Shown: positions 12,518 through 27,312, counted from the first letter of the stretch. The stretch: DNA of 64,000 bases from Mytilus californianus (GCF_021869535.1 NW_026262745.1:19468001-19532000); one strand, 5' to 3'. The notes: generated from the letters alone by a model not told the origin. Translations and numbers: made by a program.

Positions 12518-13809
12518 GGCAATTTTTAATGGTGGAAATGTGATATCTTTTTTTTTTCTTGTTTATATAGGTAAAATGCTCATACTATATCAAAACTGGA
12601 ATGACGTAGTAATATGTTTTATCTGTAGTAAAGATTACTGTATTGCATTTCGTCATTATGTCATAAATTAGGTGGACATAACACCATACACAAAAAAATA
12701 CGCAAAAAGAACGGACCCTTTATGAAAGACTTCACATTTGACTAAAATCGGCCTTCTTTATTTAGGGTCCCAACCCATAAAGAGCTATACTACACTAATC
12801 CTTACCCTATAGCTAATCGTAACCCTATAGCTAACCGTAACCCTATACCAAACCCAAACCATGCATATACATAAGTTATAACCAATATTAAACTCTACTA
12901 ACCCCAAATCCTTACCACCATAGAACAAACCCCAACTTAACTCTAACCGTAAATAAACCTTATTGCTATATTTGAATCTGCAACACTTGAAAAATTGATG
13001 TTCTACAGCAATCACTTCTTCTTAGACAAATATCGTGTTGCTTCTATGAATAAGTTACACCGGTTAACTTGATATGTCATTGTACACCAATCTCAAATTG
13101 TTTTTATGAATTAGTTACACCAGTTGACCGAGGTCAATTGGCGTAAATGATGTCATTAAACAATTGGTTCTTACTGTGATGTAATAACATAAGCATTGTG
13201 ACATAGGAAATTTACGGGAAAGTGCACGAATTCGTAAGTCGTCTATTAGCCTGGATGTTGTCAATGAACAATCAGTTATTACTGTAATATACAGGGTTTC
13301 AGCTGGCGATCGGCACTTTTGCATTTTGCAAAAATATAAAAATTGTGCCGATTAAAATTCATTATTGGCGAAAGAAATATAACGGTTCGTTGTACGTCTT
13401 GTTTATATTTATTGGACTTTTTCCCGGACTAGACAATAACTGGGATTTCACCTTGAACTCGTCACACATTACGATTTTGACAGAAAATCAATAATCAGCT
13501 GATTGTATTTTAATATTGCTGCCGGCAACAATAGATTAATTAATAAAGGTGTTGATTATATTGTTTAATGAAATTGTGTTGTTAAATGGCTTCATGTGTC
13601 ACATAAAGGATTTTTTACGACTTTGATAGGAATAATTGTTTTGAAGTGGGGATTTTTATGATGCACACGTTTGGAGCATAGTTTTATGTTTCAACTTTTA
13701 TTTGACGATGGTGCGGGAAAGAAAACTGTTATTATGAAATTGTTAAAAGAAAAATCTTTGACTTTAGCCTCTATCCTTCAATTTAGATGGGCAGTATCTG
13801 ATAAACTTA

Positions 13810-14015
13810 CTGTAAATTCAGAAATTATTGCGTGCATTTAATATTGCGATTTTTCAAGAATGGAAAAAATGCGAGTTTTATTATTGCGATTTCGAAAAAA
13901 AGTGCATACATGTCTATATTTCAGTTTTCAGAATGCGAGTTCTTATTATTGCGATACTCACCCAGTCGCATTATTCGCATTTATAAAAACCTCGCAATAA
14001 TTTATGAATTTACAG
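13810..14015. mobile_element. MITE with CTGTAAATTCAGAAATTATTGCG-type terminal inverted repeats
   Basis: TIRs seen at both ends, TA on the left flank. Same family at 53985-54190 and partially at ~25035-25230. Confidence 0.8.
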
Positions 14016-16550
14016 CATTGAAGATGAATCCCGTGTCCCCAGAAGTCAAATATGATGATTTCCCGATTTATGCAATTTTACAGTATCTTTTAAAAAGTAA
14101 TTGAGTGTTTATTTATTACAATGTACATTGAGGATTAAGAAATAGATGTGTAGAATTATAATAGATTAGACAACAATGCTGCGAACTGATGTTAAGTAGG
14201 AAAATGTGAAAAGAAAAATATGTTTAAGTAAGTTGGCGAAAAAAAATGAAAGTGGCAAAAAATATTGTTTTGGGTAAAAAGAAAATTGACCCAGGGAAAA
14301 CCCAACATAAGCATTGTGACATGAAATGTAAAGTCAAATTTTACGGGAAAGTTGTGATGTCCATTAATGGGATAGAAATAGCGATACGGTGTATTAACTT
14401 TAACCCTAGAGTACAGGGACCGCTAAAAAGTAGACACAGAAATCATTAACTGAGACACCACTTTTACTAAGTGGTGAAACGATTCACCTTAGAATTGATG
14501 AACAATTGTTTTGCCTGGTTCAAATTTAGATTAAATTCATCTGTATTTCAGTTCAAGTCTGGATAAATTCCAATTGTCATAATTTTTTATCAGCCAATCA
14601 AAACTTGTGTTACAAATTGTTTCATATTGAATGTCTCTATGAAAATGGCTGGCATATGAATGGGTTCTAATGTTGAATGTTGGTTGAATAAATATTTAAA
14701 ATCTTTTAGCTACACAAAAGGAACAACAAGTTAAATAAACAAAAAAAACAGAACAAAGGTAGTTAGCTTTAAGACTACATATGTACGTGTGTACATGCAT
14801 AATAATTCAGTGTTTGGTCTTGATTATGTATCATATCGAAATGAATTGTAACATCACTACATGTAACTGGGAAGATTTTCAAAATAACATTAGTTCTGTG
14901 CTAGATTTCTTATTCCTGGGAAAAAAATCAAGGGTTCTAAGTAATCACTTAAAGGATTCTCATTCAAGAGCAGTTTTCTGATTTTAGCTGTTCACAAAAT
15001 TCCTTTAAACACTATTTTGGAAATTTTTACCACCCATCAGACCTCAAACAGGCACATTTTACACAGACAGCAGTAGAGCTCTTTATTTGTACCAATTGTC
15101 CATATTTCGACAACATTTCTAGTTAAAATATGTATGATGGTTAGCAGACAAAATTCTACTGTTTATCTCCCAACTGGAAAATAAATGTGTTTTTTCTGAA
15201 ATTATTATAAAATTGTGTCGACCAGTGTTAAAGGACGCTTGTATTATACATGTAGAAATCAACATTATTTGAATTGCTTTTCTGACTGCAGCTAGACATC
15301 CAGTGTCAGAAATATCTTATGATGAAGCAAACGGTCATGAAAAGGACAATGGAAAGAATTTGTGGTCGTAAAGATGACATGGAAGCTTAGAATAAGCTTA
15401 AAATAAATGACCAAATATTTGCATAAGTACAAAGAATCCTTACATTTTCTTTATATATGGTGTTTAATGTCTTCAGAAAGGGGAGAACACAAAATCAAGT
15501 GCACGACTTCAGTTGCAGTAACACAGGCAAACAGAACTGCTTTTGACTTTGTGGTATAAAAATATTGTTTTCACAGTGAGTTACAGATGTAACAATACTT
15601 AAACTAATTTCTCAATTTTGTTTCACAATGAAAGATGGATTAAATAAATTGAATGGAATAAATGTTTTCTGCATCTCTAATACATCACTCAAACGGCGTA
15701 TTTCTCAGGTGAGCATAATGATGCTCACCTCAATTTCTCACCTAATTTGCATGTTACAAATCATGTGCAGCTCACCTGAGCCGCACATCATAATCTTACC
15801 TGAGCATCTCGTGTGCAAATTGTGAGAAACAATTGGTAAGGGCAGTGAGAATGCAGGAAATTTTCAAAAAAAATCTGGGGGCATGCTCCCTTACCCCCCT
15901 GGAAGATTATTCGCAATGCTCACTTGTGACACTTCTTACACATACATATACCTCAAAATATTGACAGAAAGGATGCCAACCACTGATGGTGACTACTAAA
16001 TGGGATAACAGCTCTGCAGCATCATTCCTTAAACTGAAACAGATTTTAGTGCATTTAATTCACCTTTTGCTTATATTTTTATTCTAAAAGAATTTTAAAT
16101 TGAAGTTCTGAGTCATCATGAGCATTTTTACAATTTGGTCACAAGTAATGGTCAGAAATAAACCAAAATGTTGTTCAAGCCTTTGGACATGTTAGACACT
16201 GAGTACTGAGTACAATTTTAAATTATCCTCATTCTGGTTTTGAAGATGCAAGTGGAAATTATGATGCTTAATTGACCCTCTTATGTTCCCCTGCATCAAT
16301 TTATTAATGGAAAAAAAAACGTGTCATTTCTAGTCATTATAATGACCGCATGAAAATTAATGACTCTTTTGTTTATTATGAAAATAAAAAGAGTTTAATT
16401 CTGACCTAATTAGTAAATTCAAGCAGTTTTATTTTGAGTTGTTACAGGCAAGTTTTGAGTATAAAACTTGATTTGAATTAAATATATATATATATGACAA
16501 AACTTTGTGCTTATAATTTCTGTTATTTTGTAGGTTAGGGAACTGTGATC

Positions 16551-18480
16551 ATGGCGGCGACGTTGCCGCCCATAAACAACAGAGGGCAGAATGGTGTTGG
16601 GAATAGAAATGTTTTTATGCCCACTCCACCTAGAGGCCCACCTAGTGGCAGATTACAGCCTATTAAGGTACCAGGCAAAGCTGAAAGGGATTTGTTTTTT
16701 AAGCAAGAAAAATTAAGACAACAACAACCTGAATTGAGCAAAAAGCAGACCACAAGGTACTTATTATTCATATTGTTTTATATATATTAATTACCAGCAA
16801 AAATCTTATCAAACCAAACTTAAATACTGCTATAAGTATTTATCAATTTAATCACCACTAAATTTTACTACAATTGATATGAATAAAAGGAGATATGTAG
16901 GTACGTATATATGTCAATGAAATAGTAACTTACTGTATTCAACAATAGACTGATTTCTATACCATAACCAAAACATCTTAATCTCCACTGAGGCAAATTA
17001 ATAGTCTTTTCCAAAACAACAAAATTATATAACATCAAATTTGAATTTACAGTCTTTTCTTTCCAGAAAAAGTTGATAGACAGTTTGTATTTACAATTAT
17101 CTCATATGTTAATAGGTTCAGAAATTCATATAAACATAACTTGTGTTTGGACATGCTACAAGATGGATATCATAAATCATTCAGTGAACTTTTTGCACTT
17201 ATAAAACAACAAGAAGAAGAAAGACAAAGACAAGGTGAAGAGTCATTGATGTGGACAATGGTCATGTTAAAAGACCAACATGAAAAACTGGACATGTTAA
17301 AACAACATTTGTGTAAAGCCGAAGAAGCTGAAAGAAAAGGTATACAAACATTGAAATTTTAGGAATTTCAAATGTGACTAATGCTGTATTCTTGATTAAA
17401 AGAGCTTTTGTTGTGTCTTTTTTTAAGTGAATGTTAGAATATTGTTAACATTACTATGACACTTTTAAAGATGGTATTTTTCTGAGTCCAGACTCAATGT
17501 ATTTGATTGATATTTAGACTATACATTGTATATATTTAGGTTTCCAATACCGGTATATGTTGAAGAGCTCAATTTTCATTTTACTGTTCATCTGTATTGA
17601 AATTTTTATTGAAAGCTGGTCTAAGCTGGTTTTGGCTGGCTCCGTGTTGAAGGCCGTACTTTGACCTATAATGGTTTACTTTTACAAATTGTGACTTGGA
17701 TGGAGAGTTGTCTCATTGGCACTCATACCACATCTTCTTATATCTATTTGCTTGTTTGGTCAGTTCAAATCAAGATGTAACAAGAATTTAATAATAGTAT
17801 ATAAGGCAATGCCAATTGCGTCACAGAATATTAAGGCAGAAGACAAAAATACCTGTGTTTTGGCTTAACTTGCCTACCTTAAGATTTTTTTGTAACTTTT
17901 GAACAAACACTATTGAAGTCAGATTGTTTCCCCTGTTTGAAAAATAAGAGTTTGAAATACCATGATTTAAGATATTAAGTCCTGAGACTATAAAGAAATT
18001 AACAATGGTAAAGGATAATTTACTCTTATGAACTCATGCAGTTATCGGTGATTATTGTTTAGTGTGATTTTTACAGGTGATTTTGGTGAAGTATACAGAA
18101 GTAGATATGAACTTGCCAGGTATTTTCAATCAGGGGGAGATAAGTGGTTGGCTGATCATTTTTTTACAACTTGTTTACAAACCAGTGCCCAGGTCAAAGG
18201 TGATAATGGAAAAACACAAGCACAAGGATATTTAAATGTTGGATTAGCTTTAGAGGAACAAGGTAATTATGCAAGCTATAACTCATTTTATTGTTTACAG
18301 ATAAAAGATTTAATGTAAATGTGGATGAATTGACAAAAACAGCAATACCTTTGAGAAGAGGTCATGGGAATATAGATGTACATGAGACAAAATTTCCATG
18401 ATATGCTGGGAAATAATTATTAATGTAGCACATGTATATTTACAAAAAAAACATCTAAAGCACTGTTTTGGGGCTATTTA

Positions 18481-18517
<37 letters not shown>

Positions 18518-21500
18518 ATTTTTTGCCTGATAAGTTATTAAAATAGTTACATATGAGCAAAAGAAAAATTACGTAATTGCTGTCTTGTAATCAAAACTAT
18601 GGAATTATACAATAGATTTTATGTTTTTTTTTTCCCCAACGAAACAAAACCATTTTATAGACATGCATAAATGGTTGTTGATTTGCAAAGACAGTTAATT
18701 CAACTTCATGCAATATGGTTTCATGATACATTGTACATGTAAATTTAACAAATTCATTTACTCATTGTTTGTGCACATTGAGTAAAAAAAACATGCACAC
18801 AAATCAAAAACCAAATATGGTAAGAAATGACTAGTATTGTGGGTTTTGCAATTGGTTCAAGTTGATGCATACACAATGACAGAATACTAAAGTAAACTTA
18901 TTTTACAAGGGGATTATATATTTTGAATACAGCATATTGACATAAGGGGAGAGTAAAATTACTATTCAGAAATATTAATGTTATATGGTAATTTTGATTT
19001 CCATAAAGTTTTTTTTTTACTCACAGGAGATGTTTTATCAGCTGCTGAACATTTTGAAGCTTATTATAAACTTTCTGTGGACCATAGAGAATGGATACAG
19101 GCAGATAACTTAACATTCCACACAGATGCTTGTATCAATTTGTGGAGGATTTATTCTTCAATAGCTGCTAGTATAGAGGAGGAAGATTCACAAGAATCTT
19201 TAGATTATTTGATAAAGGCCCTCAAGTTAGCTACAGAAAGTAAGTTTTAAACCAGGGTTGCATTCAATATCGTAGCAGCTCATATAGCAGCTGTGTCTTA
19301 TATATCTATCTATGTTGAACGATATGCTATGTAGCTATGCTATCCAATTGACGTCGTCGATAATAACCTATCCGCCGCCATTTTGGATTCTCTAGATAGT
19401 ATGAATTGCTTAAGCTATATAGATCTATTTAGCAGCCAGACTAGCTATACGTTCAGTAGTCAAAATCTACGTAGCCCTACATAGCAGCTATGATATTGAA
19501 CGTACCCCTGTCCATTTCAATAGTCAATAATTTGTCTGCATGAACTCAAATGAATTTCAAAATGAACCATATATTACCGATGATTAATTTGTAGTATGTA
19601 AAAAGTTTATTATTTTTTATACTTATATTTTGTAACGTGTCAACTGTCATATGTACAATGAGTATAAAAATAGAATCATGTGCAAAACAGTGTAGCTGAG
19701 ACCAATGTTCATCTGTAACGCCCACAACTCACGACGTATTTATTATAAACATTTAAACTGTGGGGTTGCCAAAGGGTCTCAGTATATATACGAACTACAG
19801 TGCACAGTATATTATATACATATTTTATTTGCGATCATAAAAGTACGAAGTCGTCCATTACTATGTAAATTGGGTCGATTAAAAAAAAAGCTGAATATGT
19901 TTCTGTTGCCAAGGGTTTTTCACAAGTATAGTAGTTAGCAGAAAAGTTCACCAAACTATACATTTTACCTATTCAAAAACGTTAATGCAAATTCCACAAG
20001 GCTTGATCCAAATAGCCTTTTTATTGTCTAATAACTTGCAAATACGAAAAAGACAGGACAGAAGTATATTTTGTCTATATGTTTTGTGTACGCACACTTT
20101 TTAAAGTTGATCATGCATTCGTTCTAAAATAAAATTTTGACCAGATAAAAGTTAAAAGATGACATAATTGGACAACCGCAATTGTTAAATCGCTTTGACG
20201 TCCGAAAAAAAAGATAATAATCAACATATGCATCGTAACTTTTAAAGCCAGTTAATCCTTTTTCTTTTGCTGAAAGAACGTGCGATATCATAAAAATTGA
20301 TTATCAAAAGATAAAGAAAACACAAGTAAAGAACGTTTAAGTATTCAATATAAATCAAAACACAAAGGTTATTCCTGATTAGTTTTTCGAATTATTTTAT
20401 TTAGGCGCTGAGACCCTTTGGTGACCCCACAGTTTAAATGTCTATAATAAATACGTCGTAAGTTGTGGGCGTTACAGACGAATGTTCACCTAATCTCACC
20501 CAGTCAATGGGATATTTTAGCCTGCCAATCAATGGTCTCGGCTACACTGTTTTGCACATGATTCTAAGTGTATAAAATATGAAAACAACACGTTATAAAT
20601 TTCATACGTCCAAAGTGCTTTTTCTGGATTTACCTTCATCAGGAATGCTCAAATAATGTATGATAACAAACTGGAAACAAATCAATGACTAAAACATTCA
20701 AGTAAATAGGAAATAATAGTTTCCTCTATTTATCTACACTTGTCCTTACATACTATGGTATAATCAAGAGGTATTGTTTATATAAATGCGACAGAGTTGT
20801 AATTTATTGTTTTGTATATTTTAGGTCAAGACAAAGAGTTACAAGGTATAGCATCATACAGATTAGGGCATGCTTATGAACAGAATGGAGATGGAGAGAC
20901 TGCTCTATTGGTTGGTATTTTACCTCTTCTTACCCAGATTTCTTTGTTCTTTTATCTGTCAGACAAATTGGAAGTATTGAGGAATTTAAACACATTTGAA
21001 TAAAAGCAAGTCTTTTTAGCTCACCTGACCTGAAGGGCCAAGTGATTTTTTCTCATCACTTGGTGTCCGTCGTCGTCGTTAGCTTTTTACAAAAATCTTC
21101 TCCTCTGAAACCACTGGGCCAAATTTAACCAAACTTGCCCACAATCATCATTAGGGTATCTAGTTTAAAAAATGTGTCCGATGACCCCGCCAACCAACCA
21201 AGATGGCGGTCATGGCTAAAAGTAGAACATAGGGGTAAAATGTAGATTTTGGCTTATATCTCTAAAACCAAAGCATTTAGAGTAAATCTGACACAGGGTA
21301 AAACTGATTATCAGGTCAAGATCTATCTGCCCTGAAATTTTCAGACAAGTCTGACAACCTGTTGTTGGGTTGCTGCCCCTGAATTGGTAATTTTAAGGAA
21401 ATTTTGCAGTTTTTGGTTATTATCTTAAATATTATTATAGATAGAGATAAACTGTAAACAGCAATAATGTTCAGCAAAGTAAGATCTACAAATAAGTCGT

Positions 21501-24500
21501 CATGACCAAAATTGTCAGTCGACCCCTTTAGGAGTTATTGCCCTTTATAGTAAATTTTTAACAATTTTTCGTAAATTTTTTGTAATCTTTTACAAAAATC
21601 TTCTCTGAAACAACTGAGACAAATTTAACCATACTTGGCCATAATCATTATTAGGGTTTCTAGTTTAAAAAATTTGTCTGATGACCCCGCCTTCCAACCA
21701 TCATGGCTGACTTGGTTAAAAATAGAACATAGGGGTAAAATGCAGTTTTTGGTTTATATCTCTGAAACTAAAGCATTTACAGCAAATCTGATAGGTGGCA
21801 AAAATGTTCATCAGATTTAGATTTATCTGCCCTGAAATTTTCAGACAAATCCGACAACCCGTTGTTGGGTTGCTGCCCCATAGTTAGTAATTTTACAGAA
21901 ATTTTACAGTTTTTTGTTATTATCTTAGATATCATTATAATATCTAATATCTAATACTATTAATTATGATTTTAACCTTATTTTACATGATTTCCAAAGC
22001 ATCAGTAAATACAGGTGAGCGACACAGGCTCTTGAGAGCCTCTAGTTTGTACTGCTTTAGCGCAGGATGACAATATTATTATTATACATATAGATATAAT
22101 GATTTATTGAACAACATTTTACATATGCAGGTCAGGTAAAAGACCAGAATCATTTCAAGTGCTACATACATTTCCACTTGACCAGTAAAAAACAACATAT
22201 TTTATTACAATAAGAAAAAAACTGCTCAATTTTTATTTCCTCCACATTCATTCAGTTACTGGAACAAAAATTATATTTTTGTCTAATAAAGTCTTGTTTA
22301 TAACTCTTTTTGTTAGGTGTAGCAACATGAAAATTAAGTAACTGATTTTTTATGAAGTTGATTATCTAAATGTTCCTCTGTGCAAACAAGTATTGATTTG
22401 AACATGTGGTCAATGTCTATTATGTGTAAGAATAATTTATATAAATGAAATATAGGTCATTTTTCAAATAGACACAATATACAGAATCCTTGATGTTCGT
22501 TTTATGTTACTTAAAATCAGCAGGTCTATTGTACCTTTATTTTTATAGTAATTATGCTTTATTCTTAAAAATTTATTCTTTGAATAGAGTTTTACTTTCT
22601 TATTACTATAAAGCATACTCGTTTTCTCATTTGAATTGTTTTACATTTGTCATTTTGGGGCCTTTTATAGCTGACTATGCGGTATGGGTTTTGCACATTG
22701 TTGAAGGCTGTACAGTGACCTAAAGTTGTTAACTTCTATGTCATTTGGTCTCTGGTGTAGAGTAGTCTCATTGGCAATCATTGCCCACATCTTCTTATTT
22801 TTTTTATCAGTATAGTAATTTGTTTTTTCTATGTACACTGTATGTATAGGAAGTAAACAAAGTGGAATCAGCTGATTTTTTTTCATTTCATAAGTCAAGG
22901 AAATGAGTTGTGTAATTGTTTTCCATTTGATTGTTGCATGTACTGTGCATTATTTGGTTGTTGGTTGATAGTTGTCTTTAATTATTGGAAGTCGTACCAC
23001 ATCCTATCTTTATATTAAGGTTTTAATTTATTTATTTTTCAGCATTTAAATGAATATTTGAAAATTTGTACAGCTGAGAGTGACAGTGAAGGAATTGGTA
23101 AAGCTTGTGATGCAATCGCAAAGGCTTATGCAAAGTAGGTTTTGTTTTTAACTAGAGTTATCTCCCATACAATGTGCCTAAACATCATGACATTACACAC
23201 TATTTTCAAGAATGTATGAAACAAAAAATAAGCTGAACTAAAAATTTAAAATTGTTTATACATTTAATTTTCTTATTTGTGAATTGAACACATATCTAGA
23301 CCAACTAATATACAAATGCAACAACATTAACAGGATGAAGTATTCGTTAAAATAGTTCATACGGCCTGGCCAAAATATTTCATCATGAAAATTGACTGTA
23401 ATTAATATACCGATTCTTCATAAAAATGGGAAGATCTTGATTTTGTCTTAGAATTGTTCGACTTTTGCTAGATTTTCCATCTATTATTAAAAACTTCAAA
23501 TTAAACATATCAGAAATACAGCAATTCAAGATTTTACTAGTTAGATTACCCCACACTTATCTGATTATGATACATTGGCAATGGAGGAGAATATGTTTTT
23601 CACATTGATATAATTTATTTTACAGACAAGGTAAAGTTGAAGAAAGTATCACCTACCTGAAGAAATTTGTTGAAGTCGCTGAGAAAAGTGGAGAGGAAGT
23701 GGCTCTTAGCAAAGCTTGTCATAACTTAGGAAACATATTTAATTCTCTGGTAAGCTGAACATTGTTGATATTAAATTGAATTTCACATGTATTTTTTTTT
23801 CTTTAAAAATGTAATTACCTTTGTGGTCTTTTGTAGCATTCTTTTTGAACATATAAAGTTGAGGGTTCAATCCCTCAGTGTAGGTTCTAACCATATATTC
23901 TTGAGAACTGGTATTGTATTTTTCTCTGCTAAGGACACGGCATAAGCATTGGTCTATAATGTGCCGTAAGGTAACATGTCTTTATGCAAACTCATTAACT
24001 TAATAAAATCTGACTCAGCATGTTGTTCACTCATCAATACCATTATACATTTTCTTATTTATTTTTTTTAGGGTCGATATTCAGAGGCAACAGAATATTT
24101 CAGTAAATCTTACAATTTGTCACGGTCCCTGGGAGACAAAGAAGCCATCAGTACAAACAGGGTACAGTTTGGTATTGCTATGGCCCACAAGATGATGAAA
24201 GGATTAGACAGTCACACAGTAATGGGAACTCGTCCTGCGTTGGAAAGATTGATCGAATGGAAGAATGCTAGAGTTGATGATTTTGAAAAACCCTTCCCAG
24301 AACCTAGTAAGTTTCAGTTTCTCTACCAGTTTTCTTATACACTTTTTCCATTTGCCATTCTGTTTTTAAAAAAAATTATAGTTTAGAAAAAATATAGATG
24401 TCACTTATTTTTACATTTTATTGTAAAGGATTTTATTAATGTTTTACATTTTGATATATCTGTAAATATATATTATATATCTGTTAAATATGTTGAAATA

Positions 24501-27312
24501 TCTACTGTATAAAATAAATGTAGTTTATTTATGTGTGAAAATGGAAAGTCTTGCTTATCTTTAAAAAAAGTAAGCTATCACATGTGTGAATTTCTCTTAA
24601 TTAAATTTCTATTCACATCATTTTCAATATCATAATGTTGAAAAGCAGTATTTTCGGTTAAAATATAAATGTATACATAGCCAGTAGAACATATTTTCAA
24701 GTGAGGGGTCAGACAAGATAAAAAAAAAAGTCCCTTTATACAATTATTCATGTTAGGTAAGGGTTTTAAAGGCCATTGAGTTTTTTGCAAATATTTTAAC
24801 ATTTTTTAGGGGCTAAATATTGGAGTTCTTATGTTTTGTCCACAACTCCAACCTTTTGTGGTTGAACAAGTGTCTTCTTTGTCCCTTTTGATCCAATGCC
24901 TTTATTATAAGATTTGGAATAACTTTTTAACTAGTTATTGATTATGTAATAAGGACAGAAAGTATATATAAATTGTCTTCTGCCAATGTATTCATTGTAA
25001 GTTTTTATGCTTCATAAAAATGTTCATTATCACTGATAAGTACTGTAAATTCAAAATTATTTGCCTGCATTATCATTGCGATTTTTTAACAAAGGACAAA
25101 AGTGTGAGTCTAATGATTTTCAGGAAATATTGTATACAAATAATGTTATCAAAATTTGAAAGGCAAGTTTTTATTTTTACAAATTCTATGCTGTGCCAGT
25201 TTTCGCAATAATTAAAAAAACATTGGAAAATTTTCTGATCAACAGAATGTGATAATTCTAGTCATTTCGTTACTTAATAAAATTGATTCTATTTGTTAGT
25301 CCCTGAATGGGAGCTTAGGTAAGAGTGCATTGACAAAATGAACTTTGGTTTGAATTGTTTTGCAGCTAACTGCTGTGTTTTTGCTTTTTTTCTGATGGCA
25401 TTTTATAATAGGCTTACAAGAAGAGATAATAACAATTTTACTGAGTGTTATTTTAAAGCATGGATGAGATTATTATTCTCATTGTTTACATTATTCAAGA
25501 AGTTATAATTATGCATGGAGTTTTTTTTTTGAAAAAATAACATTCATTACTTTGATAATGGATAATTTTCAGGTGTGAGGAGTATTGCTTTTTAACCTCT
25601 AACATCATTATTATATGACATAAAAAATAATACATGGATACCAGAAATGGTTAGATGAACACAGAGTATAGCACATTTTTGTCTCCAAGTGAATAAATTA
25701 TCCTACATTATGTAGTCATTGGCATCCTCAACATTTAGGTTCAGCCTGTGGTTTTTGTTATTTTACTATTCAATAAATTTGTTAAACCTTCATGGAATTT
25801 ATGAAATATGTACAGAAACTTCTCCATGATTAAGGGAGCAAAATTAGGAAAACAAATTGTTTTTAGTTTTCCGTATTTTATGGAGGAATGGACATAGTTT
25901 TTGCAATCTCCAAATCTTACCCATTAACACTTTAATTAACACTAAATAAATAAAAAATAACAAATGAAATAAATTTCAATATATAAAACTATATAATGAA
26001 ATCAGCAAACACAGACGTGACACACTGTTCCATTGAACCCTTGATTAATTAAATCTCTAATTGTTCCATTTATATGTCTTTAACACTGATTTTACAAAAA
26101 CTTAAGGTGAAAAAATGTACAAGTGAAGATGTCTTAGGTGTCTTTAACTGTTATTTTTAGGCCCTTATTGGTAATGTTTATTTCCTTATATATTTATCCC
26201 TCTTTCCTTCCCGAACACTAAGCTTAGCTGCATTGCAAGTTCATGGTGTACATTGATTTAAAAAATTGTATCTTGTTAAAGCACAAATTTTGGTTTTATT
26301 TTGATACATGTGTTAATGCTATAATACCCCTGCAAACAAAGTTTGTGAGATATATAGGAATCATCCTGCCTGTCTGTCCATCTGTCTGTTTGTGTGGCTG
26401 ACTAGCTTGTTTTCCATCTGTATGTTCATTTGCCTTCCAAGTACAACTCCTCCTAATGGGCTGGATGAATATATAGATAAAACTTTACACAATTAAAGAA
26501 CAGTATCTGAAGATGTGCTTAAAGGAATATAGTCCCAGTCCTAAATGTTACAGGGGGGATAATATAACTAATTTATTAACTTCAATATTGCAATATGTTC
26601 TAAAAGTCTTTCAAAAGAGCAAACAATTTTTATAGACTCAGTCGTTTATATTTTAAATATCATAAGAGTATTAAGGGGCATGGGTAGACTTTTGTGAGTT
26701 CACTAACAGTTCCAGTTAACATTATCAGTATTCACATACACATATACCCCTGATGAAGTCATGAAAAATAAGAAAAGAAAAAGAACCTGGTCTCGAGGAA
26801 ATATAAATCTCAACCAAGAAAACGTTTGTTCAGAAGCTGTGTTATAATGTGTTTTGTATATTTTGCTATCAGTTGGCAACAAGGTTTTTAAATTTTTTCA
26901 ATATTTTATTTTCAATAGAAAAAGATGCTGATATATATATATTTCTGGTACACTGATTAATAATACAGGAGAAATCTATACAAGGAACTTTGATCTTTTT
27001 AATAAATTACCAATTAGGGTCTAAAATTTCATTTCATTGAAAATGTGAAAATTTTATATAATAAGATAGTTTATTATGTTTTTGTACGATAAAAGGCAGT
27101 GTTAATTTTTCTGATCTTTTTAATATTTCAATATTTTATCTACAGAAAAAGAAGAGCCAAAACCCAGAGAGCCAACGCCCCCACCACCACAGTCTCAAGT
27201 GACTGAGGAAACTGAACAAGAGCCACAAGAGGAGGAGAAGGTAGACGATAGCAAAACTAAATCTGAGTTGACTGATGATACATCATCTGTCACTGAAACT
27301 ACCGCTAGCTGA
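16551..27312 (+). CDS. TTC29: Tetratricopeptide repeat protein 29, 510 aa; exons 16551-16756, 17116-17339, 18077-18262, 19027-19239, 20825-20910, 23043-23134, 23626-23749, 24072-24306, 27146-27312
   Basis: All introns GT-AG and phase-compatible; 1533 nt open to TGA. Motifs match recalled vertebrate TTC29: LCLDMLQDGYHKSFSELFAL, KAEEAERK, DKWLADHFF, AAEHFEAY, YLKKFVEVA, VQFGIAMAHKMM, LIEWK. Acceptor at 16533 implies an upstream non-coding exon. Confidence 0.93.
19253..19510. mobile_element. MITE with ~28-bp imperfect TIRs
   Basis: CAGGGTTGCATTCAATATCGTAGCAGCT versus the reverse complement of the right end, CAGGGGTACGTTCAATATCATAGCTGCT. No clear TSD. Confidence 0.75.
19671..20566. mobile_element. 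Foldback/MITE with ~120-bp terminal inverted repeats, TA-flanked
   Basis: Left arm 19671-19790 matches the reverse complement of 20405-20566; the right arm has a ~45-bp extra segment. TA at both ends. Confidence 0.8.
20606..20648 (-). ncRNA. Degenerate hammerhead motif (AAGCGCUU helix III family)
   Basis: Minus strand GCAUUC-CUGAUGA-AGGUAAAUCCA-GAAA-AAGCACU-UU-GGACGU. Extra A, loop change and U at the cleavage position. Confidence 0.55.
21013..22048 (+). mobile_element. Non-autonomous Helentron-type (HINE/DINE-like) element with internal tandem duplication
   Basis: Subterminal IR GCTCACCTG (21019) / CAGGTGAGC (22012), (CGT)n microsatellite, ~500-bp internal repeat, 3' hairpin AGGCTCTTGAGAGCCT, T-rich flanks. 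Confidence 0.75.
26326..26580 (+). mobile_element. Decayed HINE/DINE-like element
   Basis: ATACCCCTGCAAACAAAGTTTG 5' end followed by a CTGT/CCAT microsatellite. Confidence 0.45.

Noticed and set aside
25300-25325. Possible TTC29 micro-exon before a GTAAGA donor-like site
   Set aside because: A 19-nt candidate would break the reading frame; exon 8 already joins exon 9 in phase.
26745-26775. CTGATGA...GAAA hammerhead-like words
   Set aside because: No helix I or III pairing and no NUH site.
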